A program made the position numbers and the translations under genes. Below, in pieces: positions 38,250-48,217 of a stretch of 64,000 nucleotides of DNA. The stretch is from Gammaproteobacteria bacterium (GTDB lineage Bacteria > Pseudomonadota > Gammaproteobacteria > Pseudomonadales > Azotimanducaceae). The notes beneath the pieces were generated by a model. The model made no database searches. It was not told the DNA's origin and was given only the letters and a program-made list of their open reading frames with translations. Location of the stretch: the NCBI GenBank assembly GCA_028821405.1, contig JAPPGK010000117.1:7398-71397 (forward strand), read 5' to 3'. Each line of letters begins with the position of its first letter. Positions within the stretch are counted from its first letter, which is position 1.

Positions 38250-38728
38250 TGGCTAGAGATTTGACCATCTACCGAGAGTTGAAGAGTAGCCAACCAGACG
38301 AAGAGCATTCGTTCATCCACGGGCCTGTAGCGCAACGCGTACAGAAGATCGTCATACAGTTGTCGGGGAAGGATAGCGGGGGACAGTTTCATGAACGCTA
38401 GACCGCATCGAACGGCGAACATCTCGTTAATGAATAGGATTGACTGTGAAGCATCTTCGACCTCACAAGTGAACTGAATTGGACGGAGCTTCGATATCCA
38501 CTTGATCGTAAAGGCCGCCTGTTTGGCTTCGTCAACACGCTCTGATCCATGGAAGTCTTTGTGCCTATCCACATCATGGAAATAACTGACAACGACGTTA
38601 AAAAGCACAACTCGATTTAGTTCCAAGTTCGCAAAGCCCAGGTCGAGCCCTGCAAGGAGTCCGGTGAAGATCTGCTCAAGCAGCTCCTGTCGTTGAGCAA
38701 CCCGTGTCTCCTGGGGCGTGAGGGGCAT
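38246..38728 (-). CDS. Hypothetical all-alpha-looking protein with RHKDFH (Rx4H) motif, low-GC cassette gene 3
   Basis: 160 aa in a local 40-47% GC region. AAGGCGAG lies 4 nt upstream of the ATG. No family recognised by eye. Confidence 0.6.
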   Translation of the reverse strand: MPLTPQETRVAQRQELLEQIFTGLLAGLDLGFANLELNRVVLFNVVVSYFHDVDRHKDFHGSERVDEAKQAAFTIKWISKLRPIQFTCEVEDASQSILFINEMFAVRCGLAFMKLSPAILPRQLYDDLLYALRYRPVDERMLFVWLATLQLSVDGQISSQ

Positions 38729-38770
38729 GTGACTCGCCTTGGCGGTCGATCAATTCAAAGACGAGGGGGT

Positions 38771-38986
38771 TCAGCGACGGTTCGTTCCCGCAAGCCTTCT
38801 AAGCGTGGATCGTATGTATCCTGCGTGGTCTTCGTCCGAAGCCCGAACGAAGTCCAAGACGGCTTCCTCGTCGACGGGATGGGCATCATTCGGCGTGCGT
38901 GCTTCCACTACTTCTCGGATCGCATCGTTGTCGAAGAACACCCGATACCGGCGTTCGAGCTTTTCACCCTTGAGTAGTGGCATCAC
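38771..38986 (-). CDS. Small hypothetical acidic protein, low-GC cassette gene 2
   Basis: 71 aa. Its start (GTG 38986 or ATG 38983) overlaps the TGA of the XRE gene, implying translational coupling. Confidence 0.5.
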   Translation of the reverse strand: MMPLLKGEKLERRYRVFFDNDAIREVVEARTPNDAHPVDEEAVLDFVRASDEDHAGYIRSTLRRLAGTNRR

Positions 38987-39249
38987 GTCTCCTCCGCCGT
39001 CCCATCCTCGGCCTCCTCAAGGACAAGTTCGATCTCCACACACAGCGAACCCCCGTGAAGGTCCTGCAACGCGTTGAACACCAGCATCACTTTGTGTCTT
39101 GAATGTGGCTTGCCCTGTTCAAGTGATCGAATCAGGTCACGACCGACTCCGGCCAAGCCGGCAAAGCGGCTCATGCTAACGCCCGCACTCTCGCGTAACG
39201 CTCCGCAGTTTGGGAACCTGCTCTTACGTGCCGTTTTAGCCATTCGCAT
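38983..39249 (-). CDS. XRE-family helix-turn-helix transcriptional regulator, low-GC cassette gene 1
   Basis: 88 aa. LRESAGVSMSRFAGLAGVGRDLIRSLEQGK fits the HTH_3/XRE pattern. Acidic C-terminal tail. Confidence 0.7.
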   Translation of the reverse strand: MRMAKTARKSRFPNCGALRESAGVSMSRFAGLAGVGRDLIRSLEQGKPHSRHKVMLVFNALQDLHGGSLCVEIELVLEEAEDGTAEET

Positions 39250-39252
39250 GCG

Positions 39253-39281
39253 AACCTAGCCGTCAGCACTCCAAATGTCAA
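39253..39281 (-). promoter_or_regulatory. Sigma70-type promoter of the low-GC cassette, giving a leaderless or near-leaderless XRE mRNA
   Basis: On the minus strand: TTGACA (39281..39276), 17-nt spacer, TAGGTT (39258..39253). The first ATG (39249) is 3 nt and the second ATG (39243) 9 nt downstream of the -10 hexamer. Confidence 0.5.
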
Positions 39282-39362
39282 CATGAATCGGCAGTATCAG
39301 GCAGTTTCCCGCTTGAAACATCATTTACTGTACGTGTGTAGTCCCGCCCTCCGTGCATGCCA

Positions 39363-40736
39363 TCACTTGAACTCCGCGATCAGCGCCGAGATCGACGCCT
39401 TGGCATCGCCGAACAGCATGCGCGTGTTGGTGCCGAAAAACAGCGGGTTGTCGACACCCGCAAAGCCCGAGGCCATCGATCGCTTGAGGACGAAAACAGT
39501 GCGCGCGTGGTCGACGTTGACGATCGGCATGCCGTAAATCGGGCTCGCCTCGTCATCCCTGGCCGCCGGATTCACGACGTCGTTCGCGCCGATAACGACG
39601 GCGACGTCCACGTTCGGCATGCGCGGGTTGATGTCGTCGGACTCGACGAGTTGATCGTACGGCACGTTCGCCTCCGCAAGCAGCACGTTCATGTGCCCCG
39701 GCATGCGTCCGGCGACGGGATGGATCGCGTAGCTCACCTCGCAGCCGTTCGACTCCAGGATCTCGCCGAGTTCGCGGACCACGTGCTGGGCTTGAGCAAC
39801 GGCCATCCCGTAGCCCGGCACGAAGGTGACCGACGAGGCGGCTTCGAGGATCAGGTAGGCGTCCTCGGCGACAATGGGCTTCACCTCGCCTTCCACCTTG
39901 GTGGCGGTCTTGACGGCGCCGAAGCCGCTGAACAACACGTTGGTGAGCGACCGGTTCATCGCCTTGCACATGATGTTGGTGAGGATGATCCCCGCGGCGC
40001 CGACAAGCGATCCCGAGACGATCAGGATGTTGTTGTTGATGGCGAACCCGGCCGCACAGGCGGCGAGCCCGGAGTAGCTGTTCAGGAGCGAAATCACCAC
40101 CGGCATGTCCGCTCCGCCAATCGGGATGACCGCCATGATGCCGAGTAGCACAGCGAGCCCCAGGATGGCGTAGAAGAGGTGGGTGTCCGGCGCCGGCTCG
40201 AGGGCAAAGAAAACGCCGCAGACCACCAGGCCGCCCAGTAGCGCGCCGTTGATGAAGCGCTGCGCGGCGAAGACGATGGCACCGCTCGGCATCACCTCCG
40301 CGAGCTTAGCCCAGGCGATGATGCTCCCCGAGAAGGTCACGCCGCCGATCATTACCGAGAGAAAGACCGTGACAGCCGTGAACGTCGTCACCGCACCGAC
40401 GCCCGGATCCGGTGCGAACAGCGCGGCCCACCCCACGAGCAGACTCGCAATGCCGCCGGATCCGTTGAACAGCGCCACCATTTCCGGCATCGAGGTCATG
40501 GCGACCAAACGGGACGCCAACGCGCCGACCAGCGCGCCGGCTGCGGCGGCGATGGCGATCCAGTGGAACTCGACGATGCCCTTCGAGAGCAGCGTGACCA
40601 CGATGGCGATCAACATGCCGCCCGACGACAGCGCATTTCCCGACCGGGCCGTGGCGGGCGAGCCCAACATCCGCAGGCCGAAAATGAACATCACGGCGGC
40701 GGCGAGGTAGGCAAGGTTGACGACGAGGGCGCTCAT
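39363..40736 (-). CDS. pntB: NAD(P) transhydrogenase subunit beta
   Basis: 457 aa. Polytopic N-terminus plus the C-terminal NADP(H)-binding dIII domain (VPGYGMAVAQAQH...AIHPVAGRMPGHMNVLLAEA...VIGANDVVNP). Confidence 0.95.
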   Translation of the reverse strand: MSALVVNLAYLAAAVMFIFGLRMLGSPATARSGNALSSGGMLIAIVVTLLSKGIVEFHWIAIAAAAGALVGALASRLVAMTSMPEMVALFNGSGGIASLLVGWAALFAPDPGVGAVTTFTAVTVFLSVMIGGVTFSGSIIAWAKLAEVMPSGAIVFAAQRFINGALLGGLVVCGVFFALEPAPDTHLFYAILGLAVLLGIMAVIPIGGADMPVVISLLNSYSGLAACAAGFAINNNILIVSGSLVGAAGIILTNIMCKAMNRSLTNVLFSGFGAVKTATKVEGEVKPIVAEDAYLILEAASSVTFVPGYGMAVAQAQHVVRELGEILESNGCEVSYAIHPVAGRMPGHMNVLLAEANVPYDQLVESDDINPRMPNVDVAVVIGANDVVNPAARDDEASPIYGMPIVNVDHARTVFVLKRSMASGFAGVDNPLFFGTNTRMLFGDAKASISALIAEFK

Positions 40737-40742
40737 CGGGCG

Positions 40743-41042
40743 TTACGGCGCGTCATCCGTCCTCTTCTTGAACATCCCGAGCATCCGATCCGTGACCAGG
40801 TAGCCGCCGACCACGTTGACGGTGGCGAAGAAGACGGCGGTTGCGCCGAGCAGCGTCGCGAGCCAACTCGGACCCCCAGCGCCGCCGGTAAGCAACGCGC
40901 CGACGATGGTGATGCCGGAAATGGCATTCGCACCCGACATCAACGGCGTGTGCAGCGTCGCCGGCACCTTCGAGATCAACTCGAAGCCGAGGAAGATCGC
41001 GAGGATCAATATGAATGCGAGATAGACGGGGATCAGTTCCAC
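40743..41042 (-). CDS. pntA: NAD(P) transhydrogenase subunit alpha part 2 (membrane dII segment)
   Basis: 99 aa with 3 TM. FLGFELISKVPATLHTPLMSGANAISGI is the PntAB signature. Confidence 0.92.
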   Translation of the reverse strand: MELIPVYLAFILILAIFLGFELISKVPATLHTPLMSGANAISGITIVGALLTGGAGGPSWLATLLGATAVFFATVNVVGGYLVTDRMLGMFKKRTDDAP

Positions 41043-41066
41043 TCGATGCTCCAGTTCGCCGGAGAG

Positions 41067-42194
41067 CTATGCCGCCCGCGCCGTCTCGCTAACCACTTCG
41101 CCACCGCGTGTCAGCACGCAGCCGGCGACGATCTCGTCGGTCGGGTCCAGGTTGAATCGTCGGTTATCGGCATCGTAGAACTCGTCGATGAAGTGCGTGA
41201 CGTTAGACGAGTACATCTCGCTTGCGTTCTGCGCCACCTCCGAGGGGAGGTTGCCGAGGCCGACCAGCTTGACGCCGCCGATGTCCACGACCTCGTCCAA
41301 TACCGAGCCCTCGACGTTGCCGCCGGATTCCACGGCCATGTCCACGACCACGCTGCCCGGACGCATGGCTTCGACCATGTCGCGCGCGACGATCCGGGGG
41401 GCGGGTCGTCCGAACACCTGCGCGGTGGTGATGACCACGTCGGAGTAGCCGATGACCCGCTTCATACCTTGGCGTTGCATCTCGAGTTGCGCCGCGGTGA
41501 GTTCCCGGGCGTAGCCCTGCTCCGTCTGGCCGATCTCGCCGATGTCGATCTCGACGAACCGGGCGCCGAGGGACTGCACCTGCTCGGCAACCACCGGGCG
41601 GGTATCGAAGGCTTCCACCCGGGCACCCAGGCGTTTCGCCGTCGCGATCGCCTGGAGTCCAGCGACACCGGCGCCGATAACGAACACCCGCGCCGGTGCG
41701 ATGGTGCCGGCCGGCGTCATCATCATGGGGAAGACCTTCGGCGTGTGCGAAGCGGCCAGGACGACCGTGACGTAGCCCGCCAAGCTGGCCTGGGACGAGA
41801 GCGCGTCCATCTTCTGCGCCCGGGTGGTTCTCGGGATCATTTCCATGGACACGGCCGTCACGCCACGAGCGGCAAGTCTCCCGATGAGCGGTTTCTCGTT
41901 GAAGGGATCGAGAAAGCTGATGTGCAGCGTGTCTTCCGCCAGGAATTCCAGGTCCTCCTCCGGGGGCCTTCGGACCCGGAGCACGACCTCCGACGACAGC
42001 AGCGCCGAGGCAATGTCCTTGACCACGTCCGCGCCCGCCGTTTCGTAGTCCCGATCCAGAAACCCGGACGCGACCCCGAGGCCGGTTTCGACCATGACGT
42101 CGAAACCGAGACCCACAAGCTTCTTGACGCTGGCTGGGACCAACGCGGCGCGCAGTTCACCGGGCCACGTCTCCCTTGGCACGGCGATACGCAT
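41067..42194 (-). CDS. pntA: NAD(P) transhydrogenase subunit alpha part 1 (NAD(H)-binding dI)
   Basis: 375 aa. RIAVPRE...E.R.ALVP, the Rossmann motif VFVIGAGVAGLQAIATAKRLGA, and an alanine-dehydrogenase-like fold pattern. Confidence 0.95.
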   Translation of the reverse strand: MRIAVPRETWPGELRAALVPASVKKLVGLGFDVMVETGLGVASGFLDRDYETAGADVVKDIASALLSSEVVLRVRRPPEEDLEFLAEDTLHISFLDPFNEKPLIGRLAARGVTAVSMEMIPRTTRAQKMDALSSQASLAGYVTVVLAASHTPKVFPMMMTPAGTIAPARVFVIGAGVAGLQAIATAKRLGARVEAFDTRPVVAEQVQSLGARFVEIDIGEIGQTEQGYARELTAAQLEMQRQGMKRVIGYSDVVITTAQVFGRPAPRIVARDMVEAMRPGSVVVDMAVESGGNVEGSVLDEVVDIGGVKLVGLGNLPSEVAQNASEMYSSNVTHFIDEFYDADNRRFNLDPTDEIVAGCVLTRGGEVVSETARAA

Positions 42195-42296
42195 CCGTAA
42201 GAGAACACCGTCTGCTGACGGGCGGTAAGCGTAATGGAAAGCCGGGCGGTTTACACTCGATGAGGCGTCCTCGGAGGGTCGGAAAGTGATCGCCCG

Positions 42297-43190
42297 ATGC
42301 TTCTTGTGATTACGCCTCGGTGGTTGATCGTGGCGTGCCTCGCGCCCTGGCCGGCTGCCGGTTCCGTGTGCGAGCCTGGCGCGGTGCGCGGCGCGTTCCT
42401 TGCCGAGTGGACCCGCATCGAAACGTCGGCCTTTGAGTCACCGGCATTGGGCGCCGTGCAACTGACCGCGTCGTCGTTGCGGGCCCGGCTGTGGCGCCGG
42501 GCGAAGAAGCACGCGTCCGAATCCGGGTGGCGAACGTTGCGTCTCGTGCACGACTACCGGGCCTACGATATTCCATCCACGGACAGCCCGCTCGAAACCA
42601 ACGGCCATCTCCACCACCTCGGCTTGGAGTATCGCGTGGAGCATGGCGCCTGGGAGTGGGCGGTCTCGCCGCTGCTCGCGGCGTCGTCCAACGCCGGACG
42701 CCACCCGAGAGTGATCGACCGCGACACCGTCGCGTGGCATGGTTTCGCGCGGCGAACCCATCGCCTCAGCGAATCCGTTGGCGCGTTCTGGGGCGTCTGC
42801 CGCGATGACCGCCTCGGGAGGCGCCGCGTGGTGCCGGTTGTCGGCGTCGACTGGCACATCGAGCGATTCGAGCTTGCCATTGGGTACCCCGAGTCGGCAT
42901 TGACCTGGCATGCGCACCCGCGATGGGCGGTTCAAGCCCGGGTTCATCCTTCCGGCGGCAGTTGGCGGGTGTTCTCCGACGATCTCACGCGACGCAGCCG
43001 GTTCGGGCAGGCCGGATGGCGATACGGTGTCGGCTTGACCTTCGGGGCGACCGCCAAGCACCGGTTGACCGCCATCGTCGGGCGGGACGTGCGGCGGTCG
43101 TTCCGCTTTCGTCTGGAGGACGGCCGCAATGTGCGGGCCGAGGCTTCAGCCGCTTGGCTCCTGGGTGTTCGACTGCAATGGGTCGGATGA
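42297..43190 (+). CDS. Hypothetical secreted protein, possibly an outer-membrane beta-barrel
   Basis: 297 aa. N-terminal hydrophobic signal-like segment. Alternating hydrophobic/polar strands rich in W/R/G. No family recognised. Confidence 0.45.
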   Translation: MLLVITPRWLIVACLAPWPAAGSVCEPGAVRGAFLAEWTRIETSAFESPALGAVQLTASSLRARLWRRAKKHASESGWRTLRLVHDYRAYDIPSTDSPLETNGHLHHLGLEYRVEHGAWEWAVSPLLAASSNAGRHPRVIDRDTVAWHGFARRTHRLSESVGAFWGVCRDDRLGRRRVVPVVGVDWHIERFELAIGYPESALTWHAHPRWAVQARVHPSGGSWRVFSDDLTRRSRFGQAGWRYGVGLTFGATAKHRLTAIVGRDVRRSFRFRLEDGRNVRAEASAAWLLGVRLQWVG

Positions 43191-43267
43191 GCCGGCGGTG
43201 TTGCATGCGGCCTGTGGGGCTTGCCGACACAACGGCCGGCTTGTAGCCTCGATCACCGCGTTGCAAA

Positions 43268-44308
43268 GTGAGTACTCACTTGGCGAAGACACCGGGATTC
43301 GTGCCGATGGATAGAGAAGCATGGCTCGCGCAGGTGACCGAGGAGGTCATCGAGCCTGAATTGCCGATTTGCGACCCGCACCACCACCTATGGGACTACC
43401 CGGAGGGCCGCTACCTGCTCGACGAGTTGCTCGCCGATGTCGGCAGCGGCCACAAGGTCGTCTCGACGGTGTTCATGGAGTGCGGGTCCATGTACCGCAC
43501 CGATGGGCCCGAGGCCTGCAAGCCCGTCGGCGAGACGGAGTTCGTCAACGGCATCGCCGCGATGAGCGCCAGCGGCCAATACGGCGATTGCCGGGCCTGC
43601 GCCGCGATTGTCGGGTATGCGGATCTGAACCTGGGCAGAGCGGTGGGGGACGTGCTCGATCGCCACGCGGCGGTCAGTTCGCGGTTTCGCGGGATCCGGC
43701 ACGCCGCCGGTTGGGACGTCCACGACGAGATCCGCAACTCGCACACCGCGCCGGTGGAAGGGATGCTCGGGACGGCGAAGTTCCGCGAGGGGTTCGCGGA
43801 ACTCGGCAAGCGCGGCATGACCTTCGACGGCTGGCTCTACCACCCGCAGATCGATGAGTTGACCGACCTCGCCCGAGCGTTCCCGGACCAGGTGATCATC
43901 TTCGACCACTTCGGCGGCCCCCTCGGCATCGGTCCGTACGCCGGGAAGCGGGCCGAGATCTTCGAATACTGGAAAGGCGCGGTGCGCGATCTCGCGCGCG
44001 CCGAGAACGTCGTCGCGAAACTCGGCGGCCTCGTCATGGCGGTCAACGGGTTCGGCTTCCACAAGCGGGAACGGCCGGCGACGTCGGAGGAACTCGTCGC
44101 CGCGACGCGGGACTACTACCTGCACATGATCGAGTGCTTCGGCGTCGAGCGTTGCATGTTCGAGAGCAACTTCCCCGTGGACAAGGTGAGTTGCTCCTAC
44201 CGCGTGCTGTGGAACTCCTTCAAGCGCCTGACGGCCAGCTTCTCGGCCGCCGAGAAGGCCGCGTTGTTCCACGACACGGCGGTCCGTGTCTACCGACCGG
44301 AGACCTAA
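43268..44308 (+). CDS. Amidohydrolase-2 family metal-dependent hydrolase (TIM barrel)
   Basis: 346 aa. ICDPHHHLWDYP metal-binding HxH motif near the N-terminus and FDHFGGP...ESNFPVD near the C-terminus. Confidence 0.85.
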   Translation: MSTHLAKTPGFVPMDREAWLAQVTEEVIEPELPICDPHHHLWDYPEGRYLLDELLADVGSGHKVVSTVFMECGSMYRTDGPEACKPVGETEFVNGIAAMSASGQYGDCRACAAIVGYADLNLGRAVGDVLDRHAAVSSRFRGIRHAAGWDVHDEIRNSHTAPVEGMLGTAKFREGFAELGKRGMTFDGWLYHPQIDELTDLARAFPDQVIIFDHFGGPLGIGPYAGKRAEIFEYWKGAVRDLARAENVVAKLGGLVMAVNGFGFHKRERPATSEELVAATRDYYLHMIECFGVERCMFESNFPVDKVSCSYRVLWNSFKRLTASFSAAEKAALFHDTAVRVYRPET

Positions 44309-44401
44309 CGGCCCCTCGAGCACGGCCATCGTCGGCCACCTCGCTGACCCCGGGTTGGCGGGCGAGATCAAAGCTCTCGTTCGCCGCAACCCGCGTACGA
44401 C

Positions 44402-45550
44402 GTGCCGTATGATGGCCCTGCCGTCGTCACCGACTGGAAGCTGACCATCACCAACAAGACCGCCTTGATCGCCGTCGTCGTCGCCTTCCTGGCGGGCATG
44501 CTCGCCACGCTGGCCATTCGTCCGCCGGGAGAGGGCTCGGTGAGTGCGGCACAGAACGAAGAAGGGGTGGCCGTCGAGGTTCGTTGGCGGGTTCCCGTGG
44601 CGTTCGCCACGACGCTTGAAGTGCTGGGCGACAACGTGATTTGGGTGACCGACGCCATCCGGCGCAGTTCCAACGGGGCGATCGTCCTCGAACCCTTCGA
44701 GCCCGGCGAGGTCGTGCCGCCGCTCAACATCGTCGACGCCGTGCGCGAGGGGAAGGTCCAAGCCGGATACACCTGGCTCGGCTACGACCAGGGCAAGATT
44801 CCCGCTTCGCCGCTGCTTGGCGCCGTGCCATTCGGGATGGAGCCGTGGGAGTACACCGCGTGGTGGTTCGAGGCGGGTGGGTGCGAACTCGCCGAGGCTC
44901 TCTACGCCAAGTACGACGTCCATCCGCTGCTTTGCGGTCTGATCGGTCCCGAGACCGCCGGCTGGTTCCGCTCGCCCATCGAGAGCCTCGACGACCTCGA
45001 GGGTCTGAAGATTCGTTTCGCGGGTCTCGGCGGCAAGGTCATCGAGCGTCTCGGGGCATCGGTCACCATGTTGCCGGGTGGCGAGATCTTCCAGGCGCTT
45101 GAGAAAGGCGCCATCGACGCCACCGAGTTCTCCCTGCCGAACGTGGACGAGCAACTCGGCTTCGACCGGATCGCGAAGCTGAACTACTACCCGGGTTGGC
45201 ATCAGCCGTACACCGCGGCGCATATGGTCGTGAACATCGAGGAATGGCGCGCGCTGACAGCGGCCCAGCAGGCGGTGATCGATACCGCTTGCACGGGTGG
45301 GGTCACCCGCAACCTGGCCAATTCGGAGGCCAAGCAGGGACCGATACTGGCGGGTTTCCCGGCCAAGGGCGTGACACCCATCGTGCTGCCCGAGCCGATC
45401 CTGCGCCAGCTCAACGAGGTCGCCGACGACGTGATGGCGGAGGAAGCCGCCAACGACGAGGATTTTCGGATCATCCACGAGTCCCAGTTGGCGTTCCGGG
45501 CGCAGTACGCGCGATGGAAGCGATTCGCCTACCTGCCTCGGGACTTCTAG
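44402..45550 (+). CDS. TRAP transporter substrate-binding protein (DctP superfamily, COG4663-like)
   Basis: 382 aa with N-terminal anchor/signal. GLKIRFAGLGGKVIERLGASVTMLPGGEIFQALEKGAIDATEF motif. Confidence 0.88.
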   Translation: MPYDGPAVVTDWKLTITNKTALIAVVVAFLAGMLATLAIRPPGEGSVSAAQNEEGVAVEVRWRVPVAFATTLEVLGDNVIWVTDAIRRSSNGAIVLEPFEPGEVVPPLNIVDAVREGKVQAGYTWLGYDQGKIPASPLLGAVPFGMEPWEYTAWWFEAGGCELAEALYAKYDVHPLLCGLIGPETAGWFRSPIESLDDLEGLKIRFAGLGGKVIERLGASVTMLPGGEIFQALEKGAIDATEFSLPNVDEQLGFDRIAKLNYYPGWHQPYTAAHMVVNIEEWRALTAAQQAVIDTACTGGVTRNLANSEAKQGPILAGFPAKGVTPIVLPEPILRQLNEVADDVMAEEAANDEDFRIIHESQLAFRAQYARWKRFAYLPRDF

Positions 45551-46070
45551 TTGGAACTTCCTGAGACCCCCTTCTCGCGACTCGTCGATCCGGTCCTTGA
45601 CTGGATCGGCAACGCCACGTCCTGGATCTGGGTCGTACTGCTCGCGGTGATCGTCTGCAACGTCGTGTTGCGCTACGCGCTGGCCGAGGGCCGCATCGAG
45701 TTCGAGGAGATCCAATGGCACCTGTATTCGGTCGGCTTCATGCTGGGACTCGGCTACGCCCTGCAACATGACGCCCATGTCCGCGTCGATGTATTGCACG
45801 AGCGCTTCCGGCCGAGCACCCAAGCCTGGATCGATCTCTACGGCATCGTCCTGTTCCTGTTGCCGTTCATCGCCTTGATGCTGATCTACGGCGTGCCGTT
45901 CGTGGTCGATAGCTTCGTCACCAGCGAGATATCGAGTTCGCCGGGCGGACTGCCCTACCGTTGGGCCATCAAGTCCGTTCTCGTAATCGGGTTCGCGCTG
46001 CTCGGAATTGCGGCGTTGTCGCGCCTAACGCGGCTTTGGAAGTTCCTCTTCCTCGGACCACGGGCCGGCG

Positions 46071-46081
<11 letters not shown>
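45551..46081 (+). CDS. TRAP transporter small permease (DctQ family)
   Basis: 176 aa, TTG start directly after the SBP stop, 4 TM helices. Confidence 0.82.
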
Positions 46082-47419
<1,338 letters not shown>

Positions 47420-47420
<1 letters not shown>

Positions 47421-48202
47421 TGCGCGTCTACCAGGCCACCGCCCGGAACTTCGCCGAGGCTACCGAGAACCGCATCCACAGCGACGAGGTCGCGGCGCAG
47501 TTCGGGTTCGCGGGCGCGCTGGTAGCCGGTGCGGCGGTCTTCGGGCACATGACGCGACCGCTGGTCGAGGCACTGGGAACCGACTGGCTCGCGAACTGGA
47601 CTGCCGACGTGCGGTTCCTCAAACCCGCCTACCACGGCGATTCGTTGACGATTCACCACGAGGCCGCGTGCGGCGAACATACTGTCCGATGCCATGCGCG
47701 CGGGGTGCTGCTTGCCGAGTTGACATCGACCCGAGACGAGACAGCCGAGTCAGAACCCGCCACCATAGGTGCCGGTGCGGCGATCGACGAACGCCCCGAA
47801 ATCCTCTGGGACAACGTGGTGGTCAACGAACCGTTTCCCGCCTGGACCTGGTCGCCCGATGCCATCGCCAACGCCGAATCCGCCGCGCAGGTGGAGGATG
47901 ACCTCGACTGCTACCGGAGCGGTGTCATCCACCCCAATGCGATACTCGGCACGGCCAACCACGCCTTCACACGACGCTATATCCTGCCAGCCTGGATCCA
48001 CGTCGGGTCGACTGTAAGATTCCACAGACTGTTGCGCGTGGACGATGCGATCGAAGTACGCACCGTGCCGACGCGGAAGTGGCAGCGCAAGGGGCACGAG
48101 TTCGTCAGCTTGGACATCGCCTATCTAGTCGATGGCGCAGTGGCGGCGGAGATTCGGCACGTGTCGATCTTTCGCGTTCGATCAGACCGGGCGCCGGCAT
48201 AG
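47420..48202 (+). CDS. MaoC-like/hotdog-fold dehydratase family protein
   Basis: ATG 47420 overlaps the dctM stop. 260 aa with two hotdog-like halves (IHSDEVAAQFGF...; IHPNAILGTANHAF...HVGSTVRFHR). Hidden in the track inside ORF 46148..48202. Confidence 0.7.
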
Positions 48203-48217
48203 ACCATTTCCGCAAGG

